From Bacillota bacterium (GTDB lineage Bacteria; Bacillota; Clostridia; Saccharofermentanales; DTU023), in contig JAFAAL010000001.1 of NCBI GenBank assembly GCA_023426575.1, positions 5,243 through 69,242 of the forward strand: 64,000 bases of DNA, written 5' to 3'. A program made the position numbers and the translations under genes. This document shows positions 17,942 to 25,819 of the stretch, piece after piece (the first letter of the stretch is position 1; each line of letters opens with the position of its first letter). Below the pieces are notes generated by a model. That model worked only from the letters and a program-made list of their open reading frames with translations, had not been told where the DNA came from and did not search any database.

Positions 17942-19260
17942 TGTCGAGCGCCGGCAATTGGCGAGAGCTCATTGAGACTGAAGCGCTCGTCCGTGCGGGA
18001 GGCTGCGACCTCCACCTCCACTCGAGCGCCTCTGATGGCACCCTCTCCGCTGCAGATCTGGCCAGAGCTTCAATCGAGGCTGGCCTGCGCTATGTCTGCC
18101 TGACAGATCACGATACGCTCGCAGGGCAAGAGGAGTTCTTGCGGGCGCTCCGAGAGCTCTCTGGAGAAATCTCTGCCCTGGTGGGCGTCGAACTCAGTAC
18201 GACATATGACTTTCGCGGTCGGAGAGCCAAACTGCACCTACTCGCTTATTTTGGAGATCTGAATCAGGCTCTGGGGCTGCAGCCCTATCTAGATGAGCAG
18301 CTCCGTCTCCGTCGAAAGAGGAATTTTGCGCTGCTCGCAAGACTTCAGGAGCTGGGCTACCAGCTCTCAGATGATTTTGCGGCAGGACTTGAGGGAGATG
18401 CTCTGATCGCCCGGCCACACTTTGCGCTGGAGCTGGTAGCCCGCGGCTATGTCAGCTCTGTTGCAGCTGCCTTTGAGGAGCTCCTCGGCGAGGGGCGTCC
18501 CGCCTATCTCGATGTCTCTAGACCCCAGCTCGGCGAGGCCATCTCGAAGATTCATGAAGCTGGAGGGCTCGCTGTGCTCGCCCACCCCCAGAAGACGCCC
18601 TTCTTTGACTTTTCGCCCCTCTACGGCCTGAGTGAGAGGAGCCTTGACTTTGGCCGCTCACTCAAGCGTCTGGGGCTCGACGGGATCGAGGTCTGGCACG
18701 GCGACGCCACGCGGACAGAACAGCTCGGCCTCGCCGCTCTGGCCCACAGTGTTCAGCTTCCGAGAACGGCAGGTTCTGACTTCCACGGGAGTCTGCGCGC
18801 GAGAGAGATTTATCGTGGCGATCGGCAATTTCTAAGGCGCGAATACATTGTGACGGCTGCCTGCCTCTGGCGAGGCGATCAGATTTTCTTGGCCGAACGG
18901 GCTCCAGGCGAATATAGTGCGGGATTCTATGAATTTCCAGGGGGCAAGCTCGAAGCGGGCGAAGATTTCCGGACGGCCCTCCTTCGTGAGCTCGACGAGG
19001 AACTGGGACTCGAGCTCGACCTCGCGGCCATTCCTGAATTGCCAAGCTTCTTTCTCGCGGCTGAACGGGACGATAGCAATCTCTATCTTGCCCTCTTTGA
19101 GCTCACTCTCCCAGACTCTGCCAAGTGGCAGCTCCATGTGCACAGCCAGGGGGGCTTCTACACAATTGAAGAGGCCAGAGAACTTAATCTCTTGCCTCTC
19201 GACCGTCCCCTCCTCGAGCAGCTGAGGCCTAGGGCCAGTCAGGATTCGTATTTGGGGTAG
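17941..19260 (+). CDS. PHP-domain phosphoesterase (TrpH/YciV-like) fused to a MutT/Nudix hydrolase domain
   Basis: 439 aa. The N-terminal part has CDLHLHSSASDGT, LTDHD, LAHP and GSDFHG (PHP motifs). The C-terminal part has a perfect Nudix box GKLEAGEDFRTALLRELDEELGL. The start overlaps the GT2 stop (TAATG). Confidence 0.75.
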   Translation: MSSAGNWRELIETEALVRAGGCDLHLHSSASDGTLSAADLARASIEAGLRYVCLTDHDTLAGQEEFLRALRELSGEISALVGVELSTTYDFRGRRAKLHLLAYFGDLNQALGLQPYLDEQLRLRRKRNFALLARLQELGYQLSDDFAAGLEGDALIARPHFALELVARGYVSSVAAAFEELLGEGRPAYLDVSRPQLGEAISKIHEAGGLAVLAHPQKTPFFDFSPLYGLSERSLDFGRSLKRLGLDGIEVWHGDATRTEQLGLAALAHSVQLPRTAGSDFHGSLRAREIYRGDRQFLRREYIVTAACLWRGDQIFLAERAPGEYSAGFYEFPGGKLEAGEDFRTALLRELDEELGLELDLAAIPELPSFFLAAERDDSNLYLALFELTLPDSAKWQLHVHSQGGFYTIEEARELNLLPLDRPLLEQLRPRASQDSYLG

Positions 19261-20761
19261 GGAGAACGGGCTGATCGGACGTCGACGTCGGCGTCTCCTT
19301 CTCCTTGTCCTTATTCTTCTTGTCCTTCTCGCTCAAGGTGAAAATATTTGAGAAGGCGGGGTAGCTATAAGTCACGATAAAGTCGCGCTTGATCACAACG
19401 CCATTTTTCAACCAGAGCCGATACAGGCTCGTCTTGTAGCCGGGTTGCGCCTTGCGGTAGACCTCAGTCTCGCCCTCGGCCAAATCTGCAGAATAGCGCG
19501 TCTCATCAGGACCTGGCTCGATCGTCTCGTGATGCTCGACCTGAAGCTCTGTCGTCACACCCGCTTCTCGGGCCGGTCCATAGATCTCAAAGACGACGGA
19601 CGGCTCGGCATAGTAGGCGACGAGCTTGACTGGCCCCGAGAGACCGTTGCGAATCTTGAGATCCGCCCAGCCGTAGGCGACCATCGCATCTTGACCGAGC
19701 GCGGCATAGTCTGAAGGCAGGTCGTGATTATGGGCCTCGACGATGTCGAGACCTGCGAGGACCGCCGCCTGAAACATCGTCGTCGAGGTTTGACAGATAC
19801 CGCCTCCGAGACCAGAAATCGTCACGCCATCAGACTGCATCCCGGCATCCGCCCAGCCATCCCCCGGTAAAAAATGACCCATGACAGTCATGAAAGAATA
19901 GACCTGGCCAGGGGCTAAAATAGTCCCATTGATCTTCTCGCAGGAGAGGATGAGATTGTGCACACGGCTGGCATCGTAATAGGGAATATTGGTGTAAGAA
20001 CTGGCGAGGAAAGTGAAGTCGGCCTTGAGGTCGTCGGCCTTGACCTCAGCCTCGACAGTCTCGAGGTTCAGCTCGATGCGACCTGCAATGTCACCGCCGG
20101 CGATACGCTCCTCGAGAAGGCGCTTCAAAGACTCACGTTTGAGCTTATAACCGGGCTTCTCGGGCTCGACCTTTTGCTTGCCCTGCCTATCGGTGACAAA
20201 GCGCGCGTCGACAGGCTCGCGTTCAAACTTCTCCACCACCTGGTCGACAAAGCTGTCCAGCTTCTCAGGGGAGATTTTGAAGGGGAGCTTCAGACGGCCC
20301 TCAGTCTGTTCGCGAATTGCGCTTTCTAGCTCCCGCTCGAGGGCCTCGCGATCGAGCTCGAGACCAAGCTCTCGAAGCTTGATGCTCAAGTCATCACTCT
20401 TATGGTAGAGCGTGAGCTCGCGCTCGAGAAAGCGCTCCAAGAATTTTTCAACTGCGGCAAAGGCCTCCGCCTGAGTCAGCCCCGAGATATTGATCTCACC
20501 CAGGGTGACAGCGTCACCGAGAATGTCCTGTCTCGTGGAAGCCGTTGTCTCCTTGCGCTCTGTCACGCTCAATGTGCGCAGGACATTTTGCTGTTCGAGA
20601 GCCTGATAATTGCGCTGCCAGGCCCAGTAGATCGCGATGAGTGCTACAGCCAGCAGTACGAATGAGAGGATCAGGCGCCGCTTCTCCCGCTGAGAGCGTG
20701 AGCCGCGCCGACGGGACGATGTCCCTGTCTTCTCTTGATTTGATTTGAATTGCCGTGCCAT
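19229..20761 (-). CDS. VanW-family protein (membrane-anchored)
   Basis: 510 aa with an N-terminal basic region plus a TM helix, and a VanW-like core GGGICQTSTTMFQAAVLAGLDIVEAHNH. Confidence 0.75.
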   Translation of the reverse strand: MARQFKSNQEKTGTSSRRRGSRSQREKRRLILSFVLLAVALIAIYWAWQRNYQALEQQNVLRTLSVTERKETTASTRQDILGDAVTLGEINISGLTQAEAFAAVEKFLERFLERELTLYHKSDDLSIKLRELGLELDREALERELESAIREQTEGRLKLPFKISPEKLDSFVDQVVEKFEREPVDARFVTDRQGKQKVEPEKPGYKLKRESLKRLLEERIAGGDIAGRIELNLETVEAEVKADDLKADFTFLASSYTNIPYYDASRVHNLILSCEKINGTILAPGQVYSFMTVMGHFLPGDGWADAGMQSDGVTISGLGGGICQTSTTMFQAAVLAGLDIVEAHNHDLPSDYAALGQDAMVAYGWADLKIRNGLSGPVKLVAYYAEPSVVFEIYGPAREAGVTTELQVEHHETIEPGPDETRYSADLAEGETEVYRKAQPGYKTSLYRLWLKNGVVIKRDFIVTYSYPAFSNIFTLSEKDKKNKDKEKETPTSTSDQPVLPTPNTNPDWP

Positions 20762-20800
20762 TCACCTCTCCTTTGACCGACATGACATCTAGCTTAAATC

Positions 20801-22381
20801 TTAGTAGAAAATACGTCTGACGTGCGCAATTTGGGGCATGTACCACTCGAGCTTATCGACATTGACGCCCGTGGCGGGAGTCCCCGCGTGGACAATCTGA
20901 CCATTGCCAATATAAATCATCGAGTGATAGATGTCGCCGCCCTGGCCGAGCAAGATGATATCGCCAGGGAGCAGATTGTTGACGTTGCCGTTCCAGTTGA
21001 CGGGGCTGCCCGCATGGACCTGGTCGTAAGTCGTCCGACCGACGCTAACGCCCATCTGGCCCAGTAGGAATTGGACGAAGCCAGAGCAGTCAAAGGCGTC
21101 AGGACCACAGGCTCCGAGCACATAGGGCTTGCCGACGTGTTGGAGGGCGAGGTTGACCAGTCCGAGCCCGCCTGCCGACTCCTGTGCGATCGGCGTCTCT
21201 TCCTGATACCATTCGTTCTGATCGACAAATTCCTCATAGTCCGTAATCTGCTCACCCGATCCCTCCTGGACGAGGTCGACGGCCTCGACAGGATCGAACT
21301 GCACATAGTCGCTGTAAATATAGCCGATCTCCCCACTGGGCAACTGGACCTGATACCAATCGATGCCGTAGGCCAAGCACTGGATAGAGTCGCCATAGTA
21401 GAGCTCGCCGATGATCTCTGAATCCGTCGTCGGCTCCTTGCGGATGCGGACACCTGAGTTATTGGAATAGAGGGTCGCATTGAGCGGGGTCAGGTTATTG
21501 AGTTCCTGATCGGTCAAGCTGACGACCTCTTGTTTTTCGTGTTCAATCTCTACTTCGCGCAGCAGTTCCTTATAAATGTAGCCTGCAGTTCCATCCTGAA
21601 AGATGACATAGGACCAGATGCCGTTGCTTGAGACCTCCCAGACGAAGTCGCCGCGTACGGCCTCGCCGAGCTTGGGCGCATTGATATCGGCATCCTGGCG
21701 GATGTTGGCAATCTCGGCAAAGACCCAGAGCTGCACCCCAGTATCCTGGAAATTGCCCATTTCAAAGGCCGCCGAAAGAGGCAGATCGTAAGTTTTCTCT
21801 ACAGTATCTTCCTGAATCTGAATATTGAGATTTTGCGGAATTTGTGCCTGAAGTTTCTGAACCTGTTCGCGGACAATCTCGCCCATCTGTGACTGGACGT
21901 CATTCATCTCTCCGAGCTGATAGTCTGAGAGCTCGGCCTCGCCGAGATCTACGCTCTTGCCCTTGTCGAGGAGCTCATTCATCTCAGCCATGACGGCCAT
22001 TGCCTTCTCGCGCTCGATGCGGCGCTCAACGCGATGAGACTTCTCCGTCGGCGCGGTCGTCATGAGCAGGTCGGGCTGAGACTCGGTCTCTTGAATGAGC
22101 GCCAGCGTCTCGGTAGGAGCTGTCTCGGTCCGGGGGATGATGGGGTGTAAGGAAACTTGTTCACGATTGCGACTCTCCTCACCGCGTAGAAAGTACCACA
22201 CCGCGAGGATGAAGAGGACGGAGAGCACAGAGACGACAGCCAAGGCAATGTGGAGACCCCGACCCGAGCGCGGCGGCGCAACAGGACAGGAATTATAGTA
22301 CTGTGCCTCTTTATAATCTCGATCGTTTGCACGTTTTCTCGCCAAGATGACCTCCAAGATTGAGCTGGGCCCAATTTCCAC
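20801..22381 (-). CDS. NlpC/P60 (C40) cell-wall peptidase with SH3-like repeats
   Basis: 526 aa with a TM helix and SH3-like repeats. The C-terminal domain is intact: GKPYVLGACGPDAFDCSGFVQ, PGDIILL, HSMIYIGNGQIVHA. Confidence 0.8.
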   Translation of the reverse strand: MEIGPSSILEVILARKRANDRDYKEAQYYNSCPVAPPRSGRGLHIALAVVSVLSVLFILAVWYFLRGEESRNREQVSLHPIIPRTETAPTETLALIQETESQPDLLMTTAPTEKSHRVERRIEREKAMAVMAEMNELLDKGKSVDLGEAELSDYQLGEMNDVQSQMGEIVREQVQKLQAQIPQNLNIQIQEDTVEKTYDLPLSAAFEMGNFQDTGVQLWVFAEIANIRQDADINAPKLGEAVRGDFVWEVSSNGIWSYVIFQDGTAGYIYKELLREVEIEHEKQEVVSLTDQELNNLTPLNATLYSNNSGVRIRKEPTTDSEIIGELYYGDSIQCLAYGIDWYQVQLPSGEIGYIYSDYVQFDPVEAVDLVQEGSGEQITDYEEFVDQNEWYQEETPIAQESAGGLGLVNLALQHVGKPYVLGACGPDAFDCSGFVQFLLGQMGVSVGRTTYDQVHAGSPVNWNGNVNNLLPGDIILLGQGGDIYHSMIYIGNGQIVHAGTPATGVNVDKLEWYMPQIAHVRRIFY

Positions 22382-22517
22382 GCTCTTCTTCTGTCTCCAG
22401 ATAGAACCCCTATTGTAGGCTTCTTATCCCTCTTATTCTAGTCGAGTTCGGCAGTCCTTGTATTACAGCTTCATTTCAGAGACATCCCATTCTCAAGATC
22501 AGGGGATTCTCCCACTC

Positions 22518-23039
22518 TCAAGAGCGCTGCCAGAAGTCGATGCGCGGGCTGTACGGCAGGGAGAACTTGTGCCCTGCGGCACGCATGAGTTCCGCCTTGT
22601 ACAGCCAGAGATCCTGATTATAGCCTGAGCGGCGCGCGAGCCAGTCGAGACTCTCCTCCGTCTGAAGGGCCTCCATAAAGTCCGCATCCGAAATTAAAAG
22701 TTCTGCCGCAAAAAAATTCGCCTCCCGCTCGAGCTTTGAGCGAGGGTCGAAGAGGCTATGTTCAATGAATTCCTGGCCCGCCTCAATATATTCTTCGTGG
22801 AGACAGTGATGGCCGAGCTCATGGGCGACAATCTCCGCCACCTGAGGCTCTGGCAAGTCCGCCTTGTAGAATATGCAGGGCCATTGCCCAACCTTGGCAT
22901 ACATCCCGCGCAGATCGTGAAAGTTGTGGCGCGGATAGAGGTGAATGCCCTCAGCCTCGGCGAGAACGAGCGGCGCCCGCGTCTCATGACGTGCCAGAAG
23001 TGCGTTCACTGCCGCACGGATGTAGTCGTGAGAGGCCAA
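22518..23039 (-). CDS. ImmA/IrrE-family (COG2856) zinc metalloprotease
   Basis: 173 aa with HELGHHCLH (HExxH) followed by EREANFFAAELL, the family signature. Starts 3 nt after the XRE gene stop. Confidence 0.8.
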   Translation of the reverse strand: MASHDYIRAAVNALLARHETRAPLVLAEAEGIHLYPRHNFHDLRGMYAKVGQWPCIFYKADLPEPQVAEIVAHELGHHCLHEEYIEAGQEFIEHSLFDPRSKLEREANFFAAELLISDADFMEALQTEESLDWLARRSGYNQDLWLYKAELMRAAGHKFSLPYSPRIDFWQRS

Positions 23040-23042
23040 GAG

Positions 23043-23504
23043 CTATTCTCTCCCCTCAGAATCCGCAGGAGCTCCCTCTCTGCCTGCTGCCCTCTCGCTG
23101 CGTCGACTCTCCCAGTATGCCTGGCTGATCGCCTCCATCGCTGCATCGCGGTCACTCTCACTGAGATAGCCTCCGGCAAAGAGCGTTGTCAGGTGACTGA
23201 CCAGGTCCTCCACGGCCGTGGGGCCATGCCAGCCCGACCAATTATAGCTCTCCAGCTCCTGCTCCACCTGATCCCCTCGGAGGAGATAGTCCACCGAGAC
23301 CTCGAACTCATCGGCAAGCCGACGCAGAACAGACTGCCGTCTCGGCTGTGATACGCCCTGCTCATAATTGATCAGCGTGCGGATGGAGACTCCGACACGC
23401 TCGGCCAGAACCTTCTGGCTCAGACGTTTCTCGCGTCTCAGCCGCCTCAGCTTAGCGCCAAATTCACGGCTCTGCTCAGCCTGTGTCCGTTCTTCTCTCT
23501 CCAT
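23043..23504 (-). CDS. XRE-family helix-turn-helix transcriptional repressor
   Basis: 153 aa with the HTH core LRRLRREKRLSQKVLAERVGVSIRTLINYEQG. Strong SD AGGAGG. Co-oriented with the ImmA-like gene. Confidence 0.8.
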   Translation of the reverse strand: MEREERTQAEQSREFGAKLRRLRREKRLSQKVLAERVGVSIRTLINYEQGVSQPRRQSVLRRLADEFEVSVDYLLRGDQVEQELESYNWSGWHGPTAVEDLVSHLTTLFAGGYLSESDRDAAMEAISQAYWESRRSERAAGREGAPADSEGRE

Positions 23505-23518
23505 GGTTACCTCCTATT

Positions 23519-23534
23519 CTGCAATATATTGCAG
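23519..23534. promoter_or_regulatory. operator-like perfect palindrome 1 (CTGCAA-TATA-TTGCAG)
   Basis: CTGCAATATATTGCAG is a perfect 16-bp palindrome, 15 nt upstream of the XRE start codon. Confidence 0.5.
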
Positions 23535-23542
23535 TTATTTTC

Positions 23543-23556
23543 CTTGCATCTGCAAG
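23543..23556. promoter_or_regulatory. operator-like palindrome 2 (CTTGCA-TC-TGCAAG)
   Basis: Inverted repeat with 6-bp arms that reuses the TGCAA/TTGCA half-site. Overlaps a TTGCAT -35-like hexamer facing dinB. Confidence 0.4.
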
Positions 23557-23572
23557 AACTTTCAGCTAGGAT

Positions 23573-23592
23573 ATCTGCAAGTACTTGCAGAT
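23573..23592. promoter_or_regulatory. operator-like perfect palindrome 3 (ATCTGCAAGT/ACTTGCAGAT)
   Basis: ATCTGCAAGTACTTGCAGAT is a perfect 20-bp palindrome with the same CTGCAA-N4-TTGCAG core as palindrome 1. It lies about 30-50 nt upstream of dinB. Confidence 0.5.
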
Positions 23593-23624
23593 TCTGACTC
23601 TGAATCTACAGACTGATTTCACTA

Positions 23625-24947
23625 ATGTCAAGGAGGGAGGCGGCAGATGCCAGTCGACGTCTCATGAGAACTATATTGCACTGTGACATGAATGCCTTCT
23701 ACGCCTCTGTTGAGATTTTGCTGCGCCCAGAGCTTGCGGGACAGCGGCTGGCCGTCGTCGGCAGTCGCGCCGACCGGCACGGCATCGTCCTCGCCAAGAG
23801 CCAAGAGGCCAAAATCTATGGTGTCAAGACGGGCGAGGCCATCTGGGAGGCCCAGAGCAAGTGCCCTGGATTGATTCTAGTCGAGCCCCACTACGAGGCC
23901 TACCTGCACTTCTCCCGTCTGGCGCGCAAGGTCTACGCCGAGTACAGCGAGCGCGTCGAGAGCTACGGTCTCGACGAGGCCTGGCTCGATCTCAGTGGTA
24001 CTGAGCGCCTCTTCGGCTCTGGTGAGGCTGTCGCCGACGAATTGCGACGGCGCTTCCGCGAGGAGCTCCATCTGACGATTTCTGTCGGCGTGAGTTTTAA
24101 CAAGGTCTTTGCCAAGTTTGGCTCCGACTACCAGAAGCCCGATGCGACAACTGTCATCCGCGAGACGGATTACCAGCGCCTCATCTGGCCGCGGCCCGTC
24201 GAGGAGCTCCTCGGTGTCGGCCCCGCGACCCGCCGTAAATTGGCCAAGCTCGGTATTCGCACGATCGGCGAGCTCGCCTGTTCTCCGATCAATGTCCTCG
24301 AGCGCCTCCTCGGCGTCGCTGGGCGACGCCTCCATGCCTGGGCCAATGGCCTCGACCAGGGTCAGGTCAAATTGCTGGGTGAGACCATTCCCGTCCAGTC
24401 TGTGGGGCATGGCGTCACAACGCGTTACGATCTGGAGAGCCCGCGTCAGGTGGGCGAGGTTTTCCGCTACCTGGCAAGGGATGTCTCATATCGCCTCCAG
24501 GCCGCCCACTACAAGGCAGTCGCCGTACAGATATCTGTCAAGGATCAGCATTTTCTGACGCGGGAGTATCAGACCCCTCTGCCCTACCCCGCCCATGCGG
24601 CAAGCTCACTCGCGGCGACAGCCACAGAGCTCTTTGAGAGGAATCATCACTTTGATGCACCCATTCGAGCTCTCGGCCTGCGCGCCATTCAACTCCGTCC
24701 TGCCGACGAGGCCGTCCAATCCCACATCTTTGCCAATTGGGAGACTTTTCAGAAGCGCGAGAAGCTCAGCACGGCCTGCTATCAGCTCGCCCAGAAATAC
24801 GGAGATGATATTGTCCTCCCCGCCCGCTCGCTGCAGATGGACTACGTCGCCACGAATCCTCCCCTGCCCATCCAGCCACCAGGTCTCCCAGAGGACTGTC
24901 AAAATTACCGCGCGGACTATGAGGAGCTCTTATCGCGCAGTAGCTAA
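23625..24947 (+). CDS. dinB: DNA polymerase IV (Y-family translesion polymerase)
   Basis: ILHCDMNAFYASVE, SLDEAWLDLSG-like (YGLDEAWLDLSG) and SVGVSFNKVFAKFGSD motifs. The start is ambiguous: ATG 23625 has no SD, while in-frame ATG 23664 gives the canonical N-terminus MRTILHCDMNAF. Confidence 0.9.
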   Translation: MSRREAADASRRLMRTILHCDMNAFYASVEILLRPELAGQRLAVVGSRADRHGIVLAKSQEAKIYGVKTGEAIWEAQSKCPGLILVEPHYEAYLHFSRLARKVYAEYSERVESYGLDEAWLDLSGTERLFGSGEAVADELRRRFREELHLTISVGVSFNKVFAKFGSDYQKPDATTVIRETDYQRLIWPRPVEELLGVGPATRRKLAKLGIRTIGELACSPINVLERLLGVAGRRLHAWANGLDQGQVKLLGETIPVQSVGHGVTTRYDLESPRQVGEVFRYLARDVSYRLQAAHYKAVAVQISVKDQHFLTREYQTPLPYPAHAASSLAATATELFERNHHFDAPIRALGLRAIQLRPADEAVQSHIFANWETFQKREKLSTACYQLAQKYGDDIVLPARSLQMDYVATNPPLPIQPPGLPEDCQNYRADYEELLSRSS

Positions 24948-25021
24948 AAGTTCACAATGGCGTCAAATTCACTTAAGGCAGTTTTAAGATTTTGTCCTCT
25001 GGGATTCGCTATAATGGGAGT

Positions 25022-25777
25022 ATGGATTCGACGCCAAAAAATAAAGGGGACTCCTTATACTCTGTACTCATCGTCGACAATGACCTCGACCTCAGAAGCT
25101 CTCTTAGTTTACATCTGCGTGCAGAAACACGAGAGATCTACGAGACAGATGACGGCTATGAGGCCATCGAGCTCGTCCGGGAGAAGCGACCTGACATTGT
25201 GCTCCTCGACGTGATGATGCCTGTCCTCAACGGTTACGACTGCGCCCAAGAAATCCGTAAATTCTCACAGGTTCCCATCATCTTTCTCTCGGCTCGGGCG
25301 ACAGACCTCGACCGAATTCACGGCCTGAGCCTCGGTGCAGACGACTATCTTGCGAAGCCTTTTCATCCGCGCGAACTGAGCCTGCGCATAAAAAATCTCC
25401 TCGCGCGACAGCAGTATTCTCAGGCTGCAGGCAGAAGGGAGAGCGCCAGCGCCCCCGAGGAGAGATTGAGCTGTGGCGAGCTCCAGCTCGATCGACGCCG
25501 CCGTCTGCTCCTGCGCTCTGGGCGCGAGATCAAGTTGACCCCGACTGAATACAAAATTTTAGAATATCTGATCTCTCATTCGGGCGAGATCCACACGGCC
25601 CAAGAAATATACGCGGCCGTCTGGCAGAGCAAGCCCTATGGCGCCGAGGGTACAGTCGCCGTCCACATCCGTCACCTCAGACAGAAGATTGAGACCCATC
25701 CCGACAATCCTGAATACCTCCAGATGGTCTGGGGACACGGCTATCTCCTGGCCTCGCCAGAGAGTTCGGAAAAATAG
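25022..25777 (+). CDS. OmpR/PhoB-family response regulator (no adjacent histidine kinase)
   Basis: Receiver domain (LIVDND..., PDIVLLDVMMPVLNGYD, phospho-acceptor Asp context) plus a winged-helix output domain (LTPTEYKILEYL..., VWGHGYL). I prefer ATG 25022 over the track's TTG 24992. Confidence 0.85.
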   Translation: MDSTPKNKGDSLYSVLIVDNDLDLRSSLSLHLRAETREIYETDDGYEAIELVREKRPDIVLLDVMMPVLNGYDCAQEIRKFSQVPIIFLSARATDLDRIHGLSLGADDYLAKPFHPRELSLRIKNLLARQQYSQAAGRRESASAPEERLSCGELQLDRRRRLLLRSGREIKLTPTEYKILEYLISHSGEIHTAQEIYAAVWQSKPYGAEGTVAVHIRHLRQKIETHPDNPEYLQMVWGHGYLLASPESSEK

Positions 25778-25819
25778 CCCTTGGAGGTCAGAGTCGGGGG
25801 AAGTGAGACTCCAGGGAAA

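Noticed and set aside
22518-23504. XRE/ImmA pair interpreted as a prophage or ICE remnant
   Set aside because: No integrase, excisionase, recombinase, structural phage or conjugation gene lies within several kb on either side. I also recognised no direct repeats flanking the pair and no attachment-type truncation of the nearest tRNA gene (27289-27365). The mobile-element reading is kept only as the refutation condition of the main finding.
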